NCBI GenBank assembly: GCA_002269645.1
Contig: NIVC01001187.1
Coordinates: 310,001-374,000, forward strand
Direction: 5' to 3'
Origin: Macrostomum lignano
Taxonomy: Eukaryota
Length of the DNA: 64,000 nucleotides
Shown here: piece by piece, positions 10,399-23,300 of the stretch
Layout of the letters: every line of letters starts with the position of its first letter
Position numbering within the stretch: position 1 is the first letter of the stretch
Program-made: the position numbers and the translations under genes
Notes under the pieces: model-generated
Told to the model about the DNA's origin: nothing
Database searches by the model: none
The model's input: the letters and a program-made list of their open reading frames with translations, nothing else

Positions 10399-12900
10399 CC
10401 ATAAATAATGGAAATAATTATCTAACAAGCAAAATATTTTATAAATATTTCACTAGAGTGCATTTTCTATAACTAATAATATATACAATTATTCTTGACT
10501 GCAGTTGCGAATAATAGGATTGCCTCTCTCAGAGTCTCTTTTCAAATAAACGAAGCAAAAAATCACAAAAGTAGTATAGCCTACTTGCATTTTTTGTCTA
10601 CCAAAGCGCTTGATCGGCCATTCTGTCGATGTAACTAGACCTAGTAAGTGCTGTGCAGGCCCTATTGTGACCTTTTAGGGGCCTAATCTAATCTTAGGAA
10701 CACTACTGACTATTTTTGTTGTTTTGACATCGAGTTGTGACGTGACTTAATGCTTGGGGCTCTTTCTTATCTACCACTAGAAAAATGTTTGAAAACATGG
10801 TAAACCCATTATATATTGATATAATAGTTTGTAAGTATCGTGGCAGTCTTGGTGGTGACTGTCTAGGTATACTCAGAACCCCACCTTCAGATACTCATGT
10901 ATCATCCTAAGGCCGAATGCCGAGGCTCGCCGACGCCGTTGTTGACCGTTGTAGGTCCTCGTATCTTAGAAAGTTTCTTTTAAAAAATCAAGAATTCAGA
11001 TTTGTACCTGACATTATCACAAAAACAAATTTATAGACCAAAAAGGATAGCAAAAGTGGAGTAAACTTTCCATAAATATTTCAGCGCAAGCGCTATTTAA
11101 TATCAAAATGAATATAAATTATATTTACCATCGGGTGCAGAAGGTCAAGTAATCAGTTTAGCGGAGTTGATGGGTACAAAAGCTTGGCTCTTGTCAAACC
11201 GAGCTGAGAAGCCAAAACCTAGCAGAACCAAAGTATTGCCTTACTTACACAACCTCATTTTATATACACCAGAGGACATAGAGGGTAAATCAACGGTTTC
11301 TCTGCGATCTAAAAGTAAGTTTGACGCACAATAAATAATGCGATTTGAATTGTTTAACCTATATTTTTTGCTATTGAGGCGTAATTATGCAGCTTATTTT
11401 TGTACCAATTCCGTTCCCGGCTCTTCTATTTTGCATGCGAGATATTTGAATCTCGAATTGATACAATCAAGTGCTTTCTTTAGCAAAAAATTAAGTTTGT
11501 CGTCTTGATACATGTACACAAACATGTACACAAACTGTACACATACATGTACTATACCAACTCATATTATAGTCTGTTTAATAGTAGAACTACCAAGCCT
11601 TTTTTGGGGAAAAGTTTCGGGCTGCTGCAAAGTGGAACTTCGCTCTTCTACCGCATAAGTATATCCATTAGAAGTACTAAATATTTCTTGTACTTAAAGT
11701 TTGTCTTAGTTTTATTCCGCCAAGCCTTTTTGAAGCGCTTCTACCGCCCATGAATAACTGTAAATATGGCAGCCTTCGTTCTTTATACATGCGCACAAGA
11801 CACTGGGATTTCTACTCAGTTTCTACAAGCGTATCCAGTTTCCATCTACTTACCATCAACCATTCTATCCATCAACCCAGTTTCCCAGCTTCTTCTTTTC
11901 CAGAATCTGCTTATCCCGTTCAGTGCTATACAAAAAAGCGAATTTTTGCGGAATCCGTTTAGAAAACACAACTGTTTTGAGTGTTGCCGCTCTCCAGTGA
12001 ATAACTTTTTAAAGTTCTTCTCGAAACATTTGTGAGTGCACCTCGGGCGAAACGCATACCTACTTTATTTGGAATTTAGAAGTCTGTACGAGCGCGAATT
12101 GTGAATTCAGTGCTTAAGAACTTAAAATTTTCCATTTCGCCAATGCATTTTACCACAAAAAACAGACCTTGCGAGTGCAGCGTCTTTCTGCTTCAGCTCA
12201 TACATCTAGCTCCAATCACGGGCTGACACGAGGCACGGAAATTTCCGCTGTTAGAACTGGGTGGGGTGGGGCCGGGGGAACTTCAGCCTTCTTATCTACT
12301 GTTTGTTTATATCTTTCTCGCCAGCTTCGACTGTTCTTTAGACAAGTGGCGGAGAGCAGTGGTCTGATTTCTACAGCAATTGTCGCCACGGGCTGTATTT
12401 TGCATCTCGCAGAGACAAAAAGTGCTCTAGCTATTCAATTTTGAATATTCTGCACAGTAGCAGTAGCGCAATTTGGGTTGGGCAACTGCAAGTTCTCTTT
12501 TTTTACTGCATGCAGTAAAATGACACGATTGAGCTCTAAGTGCATATAAAGTGGCTTGGCTGCCTAGCTGTCAACATTTCAGTCTCTTTTGTAATTAATT
12601 ACTCTCCGATATCTGCTACAGTAGCAATTCGAGATGACAGAGAAATTTTAGTGCATAGAAGAGCAGTTTGTTTGTCTCCGGACCACAGAGCTAGCATTCT
12701 GTGGTCCAGACTGTCTTTTGAAACAGTTTCTGTAATATTACACGAATTAGTGCAGCTGTGCTTGTGTCTGTATCAAACTCAATTTTATTATGAAAAATTT
12801 ACATCAGTTTCAAAAACAACACCAATTAATCAAGCATTTTGTGAAGATACGCTATGTGAAGATATCATCCTGAATTTCGACCCCCAATGTGGCTTTCTGT

Positions 12901-13823
12901 CAGTGTTGGGCACTTCCGTTACCGAGTAACTTGCAAATGGTAACGCAAGTTACTTTTTCGTAAAGCGTTCCTTACGCAAGTTACTTTCCTATTTTGGTAA
13001 CGGAGTAACGGTAAGTTACTCAAATTTCAGAAGTCCGTTACAGTTACTTTGCAACAATCGCAATATTTAAATTTAAAACTGAAATGCTTAGCTATTACGC
13101 CGGTTGTCACATGTTTTTGCATTTTTCATTCCTAAATTCAAAATTAAGTGAATAGTATCATATACAGCACCATAGTATCATTAGTGAATAGTGAATAGTG
13201 AATAGTATCATTCCTAAATTCAAAATTAAGTGAATAGTATCATATGGTATTGCGCTTAATTAATGAAGAAATACTTGAAACATGTTTTACTTTGTTAATT
13301 TCGGTAAAATATTGTCGCCTTTCATTTTCGTTACTAAAAATTTTCAAGTTTGATTCAAACAAACAACCAAAGAAAGAAATTCATCTGTAGCCTCCACAAG
13401 TCCCTCCACTGGCACTGCAGTACACTAAACCATTTTATACAGTTCTATTTATTTTACTCTATTGAATTATTGATATTCGTTTATTTTATCATTTATAATT
13501 TTAATTATTGATTGCCATTGCCCATTGGTCCTTCTACTTGCCTCACATCGTGTCGCCAATTCCTGTCTCTGTCTGTTAATCGGTTAATCCCAATGCCCAA
13601 TGGCAAATTTCGGTAACAACAATGTGAAAAAATGTGCAATGTGAAAAAAAGCTGAAAATTTTTGTTAATAACATGGGTAACGGAAGTGAGTAACGGACAG
13701 TAACTTAAAAGTTACCAGATTTTTGTCTAAAGTTACTAGGCTAACGTAAGTTACCTTTTAAAAATTGGTAACTTAAGTTACAGTAACGCAAGTTACTTTT
13801 TTTGAGTAACTTGCCCAACACTG
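12901..13823. mobile_element. 923-bp non-autonomous hAT element
   Basis: 12-bp TIRs CAGTGTTGGGCA / TGCCCAACACTG; perfect 8-bp TSD CTTTCTGT (12893-12900, 13824-13831); clustered GTAAC/GTTAC subterminal motifs at both ends. Confidence 0.92.
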
Positions 13824-14324
13824 CTTTCTGTCACTTAAAATGACTAGTAATGCTTTTATTCAAACTAGCAAAGTATTTTTCCATTGCTACAATAAGGAAC
13901 GAGATTCCTTATTAATAATATCTGTTAAGTCCGTAAGATTTTAGCTCTTCTTGGAAATAGGAATACTTGAATTTCTCGATTTGATAATAATTTTCTTGGG
14001 GAAAAGTGGGGAAAAGTGACTATGGTTTGCAATCGAAAATATCATGAAAAGAACAAAACAACACAATTTTTTGGAAGGTCGCATTCTGGTTTTGAAAATT
14101 GCATGCTGAAATTGGACCCAGGATGCTATTTTGCATCCTTTCCCCAGCGAAAAAAACGCCTGACTTGCAGCCTTAGGCGTGTGAGACTAATTTATGAACG
14201 TTATGATACGCTGCACGTATCCATCCATTTCTTCGCTCTCTTCTTAAATAGCGACGCTAAATTTTAAAACTATAAAAATATTTCAGGGAATTGACGGAGC
14301 AGTACAGCAGCCACAGCACTCAGC

Positions 14325-17300
14325 ATGAGTGACTGTGGCCACCCACCATCTAACATACGCAAGCGCTGCGAATGTGGCAAAGTGGCCGACAGGCTTCGCT
14401 CAAACTTCTGCACTTTTTGCTCGAAAGAGGAAAAGCTAATCATCTATTGCATTGAATGCAGCGAGCCGCCAAAAAAATGTCGCCATCAGCCAGAAAGCTT
14501 TCGCCGAAAATGTAAAAGCTGTGAGGAGGACGAGATGCCATTGCGCGGCAAGTGTTGCACCGATTGTGGAACAAAGACACTCTTTGAAATATTCTGCGTC
14601 CTATGTCCAACTGACACGCCGCACGCAGGAAACCCTGAGGCAAGTGGACGAGTAAAAAAGATGTCGCACACAAGTGATTATGAAGAATGCTCTGTAGAAG
14701 AGCCGCCGAACACAGGTCATCGCGTTCAAGGACGTCCTGTAGAAGAGACGCCGAACACAGGTGATCGCGTTCAAGGACGTCTTGTAGAAGAGACACCGAA
14801 CACAGGTGATTTCGAGGAAGGACGTCCTGTAGAAGAGACGCCGAACACAGGTGATCGCGATCAACGATGTCCTGTAGAAGAGACGCCGAACACAGGTGAT
14901 CGCGTTCAAGGACGTCCTGTAGAAGAGACGCCGAACACAGGTGATCGCGTTCAAGGACGTCTTGTAGAAGAGACGCCGAACCCAGGTGATCGCGATCAAC
15001 GACGTCCTGTAGAAGAGACGCCGAACACAGGTGATTTCGAAGAAGGACGTACTGTAGAAGAGACGCCGAACACAGGTGATTTCGAGGAAGGACGTCCTGT
15101 AGAAGAGACGCCGAACACAGGTGATCGCGATGAAGGACGTCCTGTAGAAAAGACGCCGAACAGAGGTGATCGTGATCAACGACGTCATGTAGAAGAGACG
15201 CCGAACACAGGTGATCGTGATCAACGACGTCCTGTAGAAGAGACGCCGAACACAGGTGATCGCGTTCAAGGACGTCCTGTAGAAGAGACGCCGAACACAG
15301 GTGATCGCGATCAAGGACGTCCTGTAGAAGAGACACCGAGCACAGGTGATCGCGATCAAGGACGTCCTGTAGAAGAGACACCGAACACAGGTGATAGCGA
15401 TCAAGGACGTCCTGTAGAAGAGACACCGAACACAGGTGATAGCGATCAAGGACGTCCTGTAGAAGAGACGCCGAACACTGGTGATCGCGTTCAAAGACGT
15501 CTTGTAGAAGAGACACCGAACAAAGGTGATTGCGATCAACGACGTCCTATAGAAGAGACACCGAACACAGGTGATTTACTGGAAGGACGTCCTGTAGAAG
15601 AGACGCCGAACACAGGTGATCGCGTTCAAGGACGTCCTGTAGAAGAGACGCCGAACCCAGGTGATCGCGATGAAGGACGTCCTGTAGAAGAGACGCCGAA
15701 CACAGGTGATTTCGAGGAAGGACGTCCTGTAGAAGAGACGCCGAACACAGGTCATCGCGATCAACGACGTCCTGTAGAAGAGACGCCGAACACAGGTCAT
15801 CGCGTTCAAGGACATCCTGTAGAAGAGACGCCGAACACAGGTGATTTCGAGGAAGGACGTCCTGTAGAAGAGACGCCGAACACAGGTGATCGCGAGAAAG
15901 GATGTCCTGTAAGAGAGAGAGTGATTATAATAAAATTTAGGTGTGCCGTCCAAAATCGTCAAACAAAAGTTGGTTCTTCTGAAGATGAAACAAAATTATT
16001 CATTATGATTCACTTCAAAAAGTCAACGCCGACTTCTTTGACACAACAAATTGCTTCAATTGATGAGTCTTCGAGTTTTCGTCATCTGTGCTTCACAGCC
16101 TCTTTTCCAAAAGACACAAAAGAAGTGAGCTACTGTTACGAACTGGAAAAGCAAAGGAGTAGTTCAACACAAGTTGTAAAAGTAAATGTGCAGCCTGGAG
16201 AGGTGCAGCTTCAAATAGATGGCTTGATTTTCGCAACCGGAAGCCACAAAAAACAGCCTAATGCAGAAAAGGAAACGCGTAATCTCGCTTTCACAGAAAG
16301 CACCTTTCTTGAACTACGTGAACGAGCTGATCAAAAGATGCCAGTGGCACCTGTGCTGCTTGAAGTCTCAAGACTGCAAAATCAGCAAATGGTTCATATC
16401 ACTTCTGTTGGACTTAAGGTCTGTTTTTTCGAAACGAATTATTTGCTTTGCTACTTTCATGCACAAGAAGTAAAATATTTTCAGGTGATCGAAAAAATCC
16501 TCGAGAATCCAACGGATTTTGGATTCGCCGCCAGAGACGACAAGACCGCACCTCATTGGCACAACAATCTGCGGCTTATCAAACTTGCTGATCACTGCGG
16601 CGCCGTTCGAGCCTATTTGGCGGAGGCCCCTGCGAGTACTTCCAGCTTAGAAAAACTAATTTCTATGTCACTTCCGCCCACTTCGCTTGAAGAAATTCAA
16701 GCCTTACCAGACAATGAACTGTGAGTTACTGCTATGAGGTTATGAGATTTTTTTAGCATGTGGGATTTCAGTGTGAAACTATTTGCCTGTTAAGTTTTAG
16801 GAACGCAAAGTCAACTTAGGTTAGGTAAGAATATATTTGACCGCAGCAGTCGGCCGTTAGTCCGCGATAAAGGCATTCAGCTTTTTAGCAACTCGGCGTA
16901 AAGAATTGAAAGCCGTACTGTACTGTATTCGAGCTATGGAAATTAGCCATCGACCATGAATTATACTCATACGCTCGTATTTCATAAATTGTCAGCAACG
17001 CAACAGCTCGAATTATAAAGTCCGTTTTTGATAGATTATTATTACTTACGCCAAATTATTTACTGAGTTCTATTAAATTCTGTATTTAGTTAAGTTATTC
17101 AGAGGTAGACTTAGATTTCTGATGGTTCGGTGGAGAAAGGATATTAAATAACACAAAATTACACGGAGGAGTTGAGCAGCAAGGTACTCTGCAAAGTAGT
17201 AACTGGGAGTGCAACATTTAATACAAGCATATTTGATTGCACACTATTTTTCATTGTTGTCTTATTATCTTATCTTTGATCTTGTCTGGAAAAATGTGTG

Positions 17301-20300
17301 ACTAATTACACCGGCATCGCATTGCAGATCGGAAGTGTCAAAATCGGTGCAAAAAATCATGGATGAACTTCTTGACAAAAACATGCCAGACTTAGCGCTA
17401 CAACTGGTGCCTGCTTACCATCTAGTTGTACTCGCTGCCGATCCTAGAAGTAGACAGCATATTCTGAAAGACCAGAAATGGGACGAATCAAAACCGAACG
17501 CATGGTTTGGCTTGGCAAGCAAATTTCAGTACCATTCGCGAGGCTCGGGAAGTGAGAATTGGTCGAGGCTGAAGAAATTTCAAAATATAAGGTGGGGAAA
17601 ATATTTTTGCCTTTCTGTAGAAGATAAAATTTGCTTGATTTTTAAAAGACTACGGCTGGTGCTGGGGTGCGAGTATATACTGAATACTAAATACCGTAAC
17701 TTAATACGCTAGCATTTATGGGAAAAATCCAACCTTCTGGCAGAATTTTTGAATATCTCGACGGTGAAGAGGGCTGGGGACTTGATTCTTGTTTGAGAAG
17801 GTGCGCAACAAAAAGTTTAGCCCGTGTTCTTGAATTTAAAGAATTGAGTTCTTGAAAGTTTAGCCCGTTCCGGCGCAGCAAAAAATTATCAGTCGGGAAT
17901 CCCCCTTAGTAGTTCTACTGTTAATTGACACTAGACGTAGAACACCAACTGTAATTTTTAGCATCGACTTCAATGCACTGATGGAGCTGCTGAATAGATT
18001 TGGTTCAGTCGACTCGCTTCTGAACCGGTTTTGCGCGGGAGTTGTCAAACAGTCCAATTTAGAGGCCTTCCTTAATGCTCCAAACGTAACTCTGGACTCG
18101 AAGCTAGCTCTTTGCTTCCGAGTCTGCCAGGAAATGGGAAGCTCTGATGACGAACGCGTTCTAGGTATAATAGAGGTAAGAATTAAGTCTCCTGTACACA
18201 TCTTTCGCTTCGATCTAGGAGTCGCAGGTGAAGTGGATTGTACGCTCGTAAGCTTTTCATTAGGGTCGTGAATTTGAAATAAAGTAGAGCCAGATTAATG
18301 CAATCAATTTTTAAGATTTCCTTTTTTTGCAATTTTTTAAACCTTTTTATGAGGAGTTGAATTCTTACAATGCCAGGCACGCCCCTCTCAATTTTAGATG
18401 TTTCTTGATGAGTGTCAGGATGCCGCCTGCAGTGCATCAACAGCCACCTTAGAGGAGCTGCTTCTGATTTTCCCATCGCTAGTAAAACTCCTTTTGAGGA
18501 GTCACAAATCGATGGCGCCTTTACAATTGCAGAGTATGTGTTTCGCATCGCTCAATACTTACTTGCGATGCCTTTTGAAGCTGCGCTACTCCCAATCTAC
18601 TGGAGTCGAAGCCGGTTCTAAGGATGAAATTTCAAAGTTTGGAGACCTGCTCAACCAATTAATCAAGCACGAGGTTGACACTTTTAACCAGCAGTCGTCA
18701 ATAAGTGTTGAATATTCACATGAAATAATCAGCATGTTCCTGCAGGTGAGAAACGATGCACAAGATATAATTAATTTCATTCATTGCTAGTAAAATCTAT
18801 TTCTCTGACCATAGTTTCCTCGGTCATTACTACAATCCCCATGCTTGAATTTCAGCGCTTCGACAAGTTTATGGGACTTCTGAGCACAGCCGGATGTCTG
18901 ACCGAAGAACTGGTTGATCTGTGCAAGCAAAAGCTAAAATCCTTTATCAAAAAATTGCCAGTAGTGAGTGAGCTGCTTTGACTGATTAGTTTCCATATTC
19001 GTAAATTCGTAAATATATTCGTAAACTCATCCCACGTAGGTCTGTAATTGTTTGTGATGTTGCAATTAATGAGTTTAGTTGATTTTGCTGGCGATTAAAA
19101 TTGTGTTTGAGATTTTTTAAGTGAAATTCCATATACGATCTACGAGTACTTTAAAGTTAACTACGAGCTTATGATTAGGTACTTATACGTACTTATGATT
19201 AGGGACGGCTAATTTTAAACACTACTCTGTATAAAATTTAAAATAAGTTCAGTACAGTTTAAGCATTTGTAAAGGCTCAATTAATTGCGAATGGAAAAAG
19301 CTCAGGCTTCCACTTAGCCTGGTGGGCTATTATATATTGTGATCGATCGATATGCAATACGATGTACATGATGCTAGAAGGGCCAAAACTCAAGCCGATT
19401 GGCTGCAGAGGGGAGAAGAACTGAATGGGGTGGGGGTTGAAATATTGCAAGGGCCGAAGGGTTAAGTTGGCTGGCGGGAGAGAGAGTACATTGAACAGCG
19501 GGGCTGACAAGAGCGCACAGCGCACGGGACCGGCTCGCAGCGTTGAACTTTGATGGGTTTAAAATTCAATGCAAGATTTTTGCACCTCGAGCGCAAATAC
19601 CAGTTTTATACTATAGTAAGAGCTATAGTGTTTGCAGAGACACACCAATAGTTGCTCAACTGCTACCCATGAATTATGCGTTTCAGGAAGCAACGATGGA
19701 AATCTTTCAAAGCGAAGGAATCATGGCCTTGCTCAGCTCAAGAACGTCAGAAACAATTCTGGAAGTTGTGATTCAAAATTTGAAACAGAACACCAAATCA
19801 TACTTTTGGACTGCAGTGGTATGTGTCTCAGCGAAATGAACTGTGACCCCGCGAATGGGGAATTTTTTTTGTGTGCGAATTTGAATTTGCTCTATAAGCA
19901 TCTGCAACCCGCTAATAGCAAATCCTTCATCTGGTTCACGCGGCTTGCATAGCTAACGACCGCTGTCCACTTTGCAATCGTTTTTCGTGGAATTTTTTGT
20001 AATAAAGTCTTTGTACTTTCTTATGGCTCAATAGCTACGAGTGCAATACTTTCTGGGAGAGGCTGATTGATGAACTGGATAAATAAATTCTAAAACATCT
20101 TAATTGCAGGACGGATTCGGCAATTTGCTCGCTAGCCTTTTTGGGGCAAGCTCTGACTCCTCTTCCAGCCATATTTTTTCTGAACTATCAAGCCTGATCG
20201 AGGACACAGAAAAAGGTGATTGGAACAGGCCATGGGACATCAGCTTGCACACAGCCATGACTCTGGAGTGGCCTCTGGCTCAGCCATTGCTATGCTTTCT

Positions 20301-23300
20301 AGGTAAGCGGAAAACTTGATGAATGAAAATCTAGGCGCAGAATATTACGCATTTATGTGCATGAATGAGTATAATTATTGTCATAAATATGTAAACTGGC
20401 AACTCTTCTTTTATTAAATACGTAAATAAAATATTAAACAATTTGTCCCAACCAGACCCCAATGCGGCTATGGTACAACTTACTCTCAATGCACGAACAG
20501 CACTGGAGAAATGCAGACACGATACGGAAACGCTGCTTCGCGACTTGGAAACAGAACCTCTTTCCAAGACGGTCGGGGCTATTCAATACTTGGCCAGACA
20601 CAAGGCCAGCCTGAAAAAGGCAGCCAATGTATTGAGGCTCAGTAGCGACGTCGACAAACAGATTTTCGGTGCACAAGAATGGAAAGCAGCGTACGACAAT
20701 ACTGTCAAAAAGTTGAGGGAATTACATGCTCTGCTACAAAAGACGCTCTGCTCCAACATTGGTGAGTTTAATTCTTTTATTGATACGCTGGTATTAGAAC
20801 AAAAACGAGGCAGTGCATATAGGCTCAGTTTGCAGCACACATGTAGCATGTAGCACGTGTACCTGTGGCACCTTTATTTGCTCTCTCGATTCTTCACGAA
20901 TCCACAGAAAATCGCTCAGCTTTCAAATTATGCTCGCAAATTGAAAACAACTATCGAAACCAAAGATTGGGCTGGGTGCAGGTGGTAAAGGAACAAGGTT
21001 ATTATAGGCACCCGTGAATGGAAAGCTGAAGTTGAATTCACAGCAATTTATCGAACTTTTGTGAAAGTGAAGAGCATATGCTTAACTCAGAACCGCCCCA
21101 AGAACACCTTCGAAACAAAATAAGTTTTATTAGTTCAAAATAGCTAGCTAGTAAATTTACAAATTCAGAAACAGTTTCGCAACCAATGCTTACTATGCAT
21201 GCATTTGCCACCCATTGCAGTCGAAATTGAGGGTTTCCGAAAAAAACTTCTCGAAGTGGAAGTCCGAGAATGTAAAATTAAAGAACTCGTCGATACGGAA
21301 TTTTGTTTGAACCGACTGCATCTTGCGCGATTCCCAGAGCTGCAACCGTTTCTGAATCATTTGGAAACTGCAGTGCTGCCGAAAATACATCGAATCAACC
21401 AAAGCAGCACCTTTGAATCAATATTCGCAGAAGTGGCTGGGTGCAAATTCAGAAGTGGAGGCGAAATCAAGCTGCCAATATCCAAGCTCATCCCTTGCCT
21501 TTTAGAAGCGATCGATGAATGGGAGGCCAAAATTGAACGGCTAAAATCTGAAGAAGCTACGTGGGAGGCTGCACAGTTTCTCAAATCGCTTTTTGATCGT
21601 GAGGAAGAGCTGGTCAAGGAGCTCAGCTACCGTGCTACTGAGGGTGAGCCATGGGTCGAAAAGTTGGCAGAAAAGCTGAATCGAGCACAAAAGATTCTAA
21701 GGTTTTCAACTGCTGCTGCGGCTGTCCAGAAATCGATGGAGAAGCTAAAGATTCCCTGTAAAGATGACATTCTAGTGAGGGTTCAGAAAACGGCCAGTGG
21801 AATAGAATCAGAAGCTTTGGCAAAAGTCAATACTGATGACATTGATGAGTTTATTTTTCTAAAAGAGTTTGCCGAGTCACCAGTTTTTGAACAGTTAATG
21901 GCTGCAGTGTCTAGCAGTTCTGAACTGATTGAATGGCTGCCCCAAAACATTCAAAATGGTCCACAGCTGAAAACTTTCCAGGATCTAGCCATGATATATC
22001 TAGGAGACTCGGGCGACCTGGAGCAAAAGAAGATTGAGGTTTTGGTCCAAGTGGTAAACGACTTTCAAGAAATTATCTACGGAATTGAAACTTTAGTCTC
22101 AAATGAAGAAGGGAGAGTCACGGAATTCCTTGAACTTTGCCGACCTGTGATGGAAAGGCTGCAGAAAGAACCCAAGCGAATTGAAGATTTGACCAAGACG
22201 GCTAACCAGCTCAAGTGGATCAAAATAATCAAAGAGAATCAGGGCTCCGTAGAGAGGCCCACGCTGGAGAAAATCGAAGAGATCTTCAAAAGTGGCAGCT
22301 TTCAAATCGGCTGTTTAGTGGAAAACACGGATCACTTTCTGCTCACAACTACCAAGGAAAGCAAGGCTGATGACTCTCCCAAAACCCAAAGTAGGGCCGA
22401 GTTCACGCTTGCAGATGTCAAAGACTTACAGTCCAAGCTGATGCTCATTGCAGGCAGCGCTTACGAAAACAAGCTCTTGCTAGACAGCTTCGTGAAACTA
22501 ACGGAAGGAATTCTTCGATTGGTTGAGGTTTACAAAGACTTTCGTGCTCACTGCTGCTTGCTCTGCGAACAGATCGACATCGTAGTGGATTTAGGCAGTG
22601 CAAAAGCTGCTAAGGACCGCTCGACAGAAGCGGGAATAGAAAAAGTAAAAAAGGACCACAACATAAATATTGAGCTGCGATACTGCAAGCCCCACAAGTC
22701 GATCGGGTGTCATTACAGTGACATAAATGAGGGGCTCACACAACTGTCTAACGTATTTCATTCGTGCTTGGTAAAATGGAAGGAGGTAATTACTTCTTCT
22801 AGAACAAATCGTGACCTTCATGAAATTAATTTTTTTACGCTGAAACAATTGAAATTCTTGCAAAATGAACTGGCAAAATTTTTTACCTCTGCAGCACAGA
22901 GCCAAGTTGATGATCGAGTGCTCCACCTCCTGTCATACATATGTCCGGCGTGTACTCCGAAAGAAATTTGTAAAGCAGTTGATTTCGTGGTCATAAAAAA
23001 GGCTGGTGGGGATTCTGATGCGAATGAGGAAAATAGCGGGCATAAAGCAGCCGTCAGTTTATTGACAGATGAAGGATACAATGAGGAAGTTATCGACAAG
23101 ACGCTGAAAATCTTTTTAGAAACTTTACTGTCGAAGAAGATAATTGGTCCCAAAACCTTATTGAGCTTGCTGAAAAGGTTGAAAGGACATCCGTCGTGCA
23201 AGCCGAGGAGAGTTCAAGAAAGGACTGGAGTACAGCTGACCATGAACTTTCCGCTGCCGAAGTTGGCGGCCTTCCCGTTCATGAAGCCTTCGAAAAGTTG

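Noticed and set aside
12236-14020. NF-kB-like GGAAATTTCC (about 12237) and IRF-like GGGAAAAGTG x2 (about 13997) upstream of the RNF213-like gene
   Set aside because: Short motifs expected by chance, the TSS is unknown, and there is no evidence here that these factors act in this organism.
15909-15940. Possible 32-nt intron GTAAGA...TTTAG after the coding repeat
   Set aside because: Removing it breaks the frame, and the read-through peptide VIIIKFRCAV looks like the first strand of the next domain.
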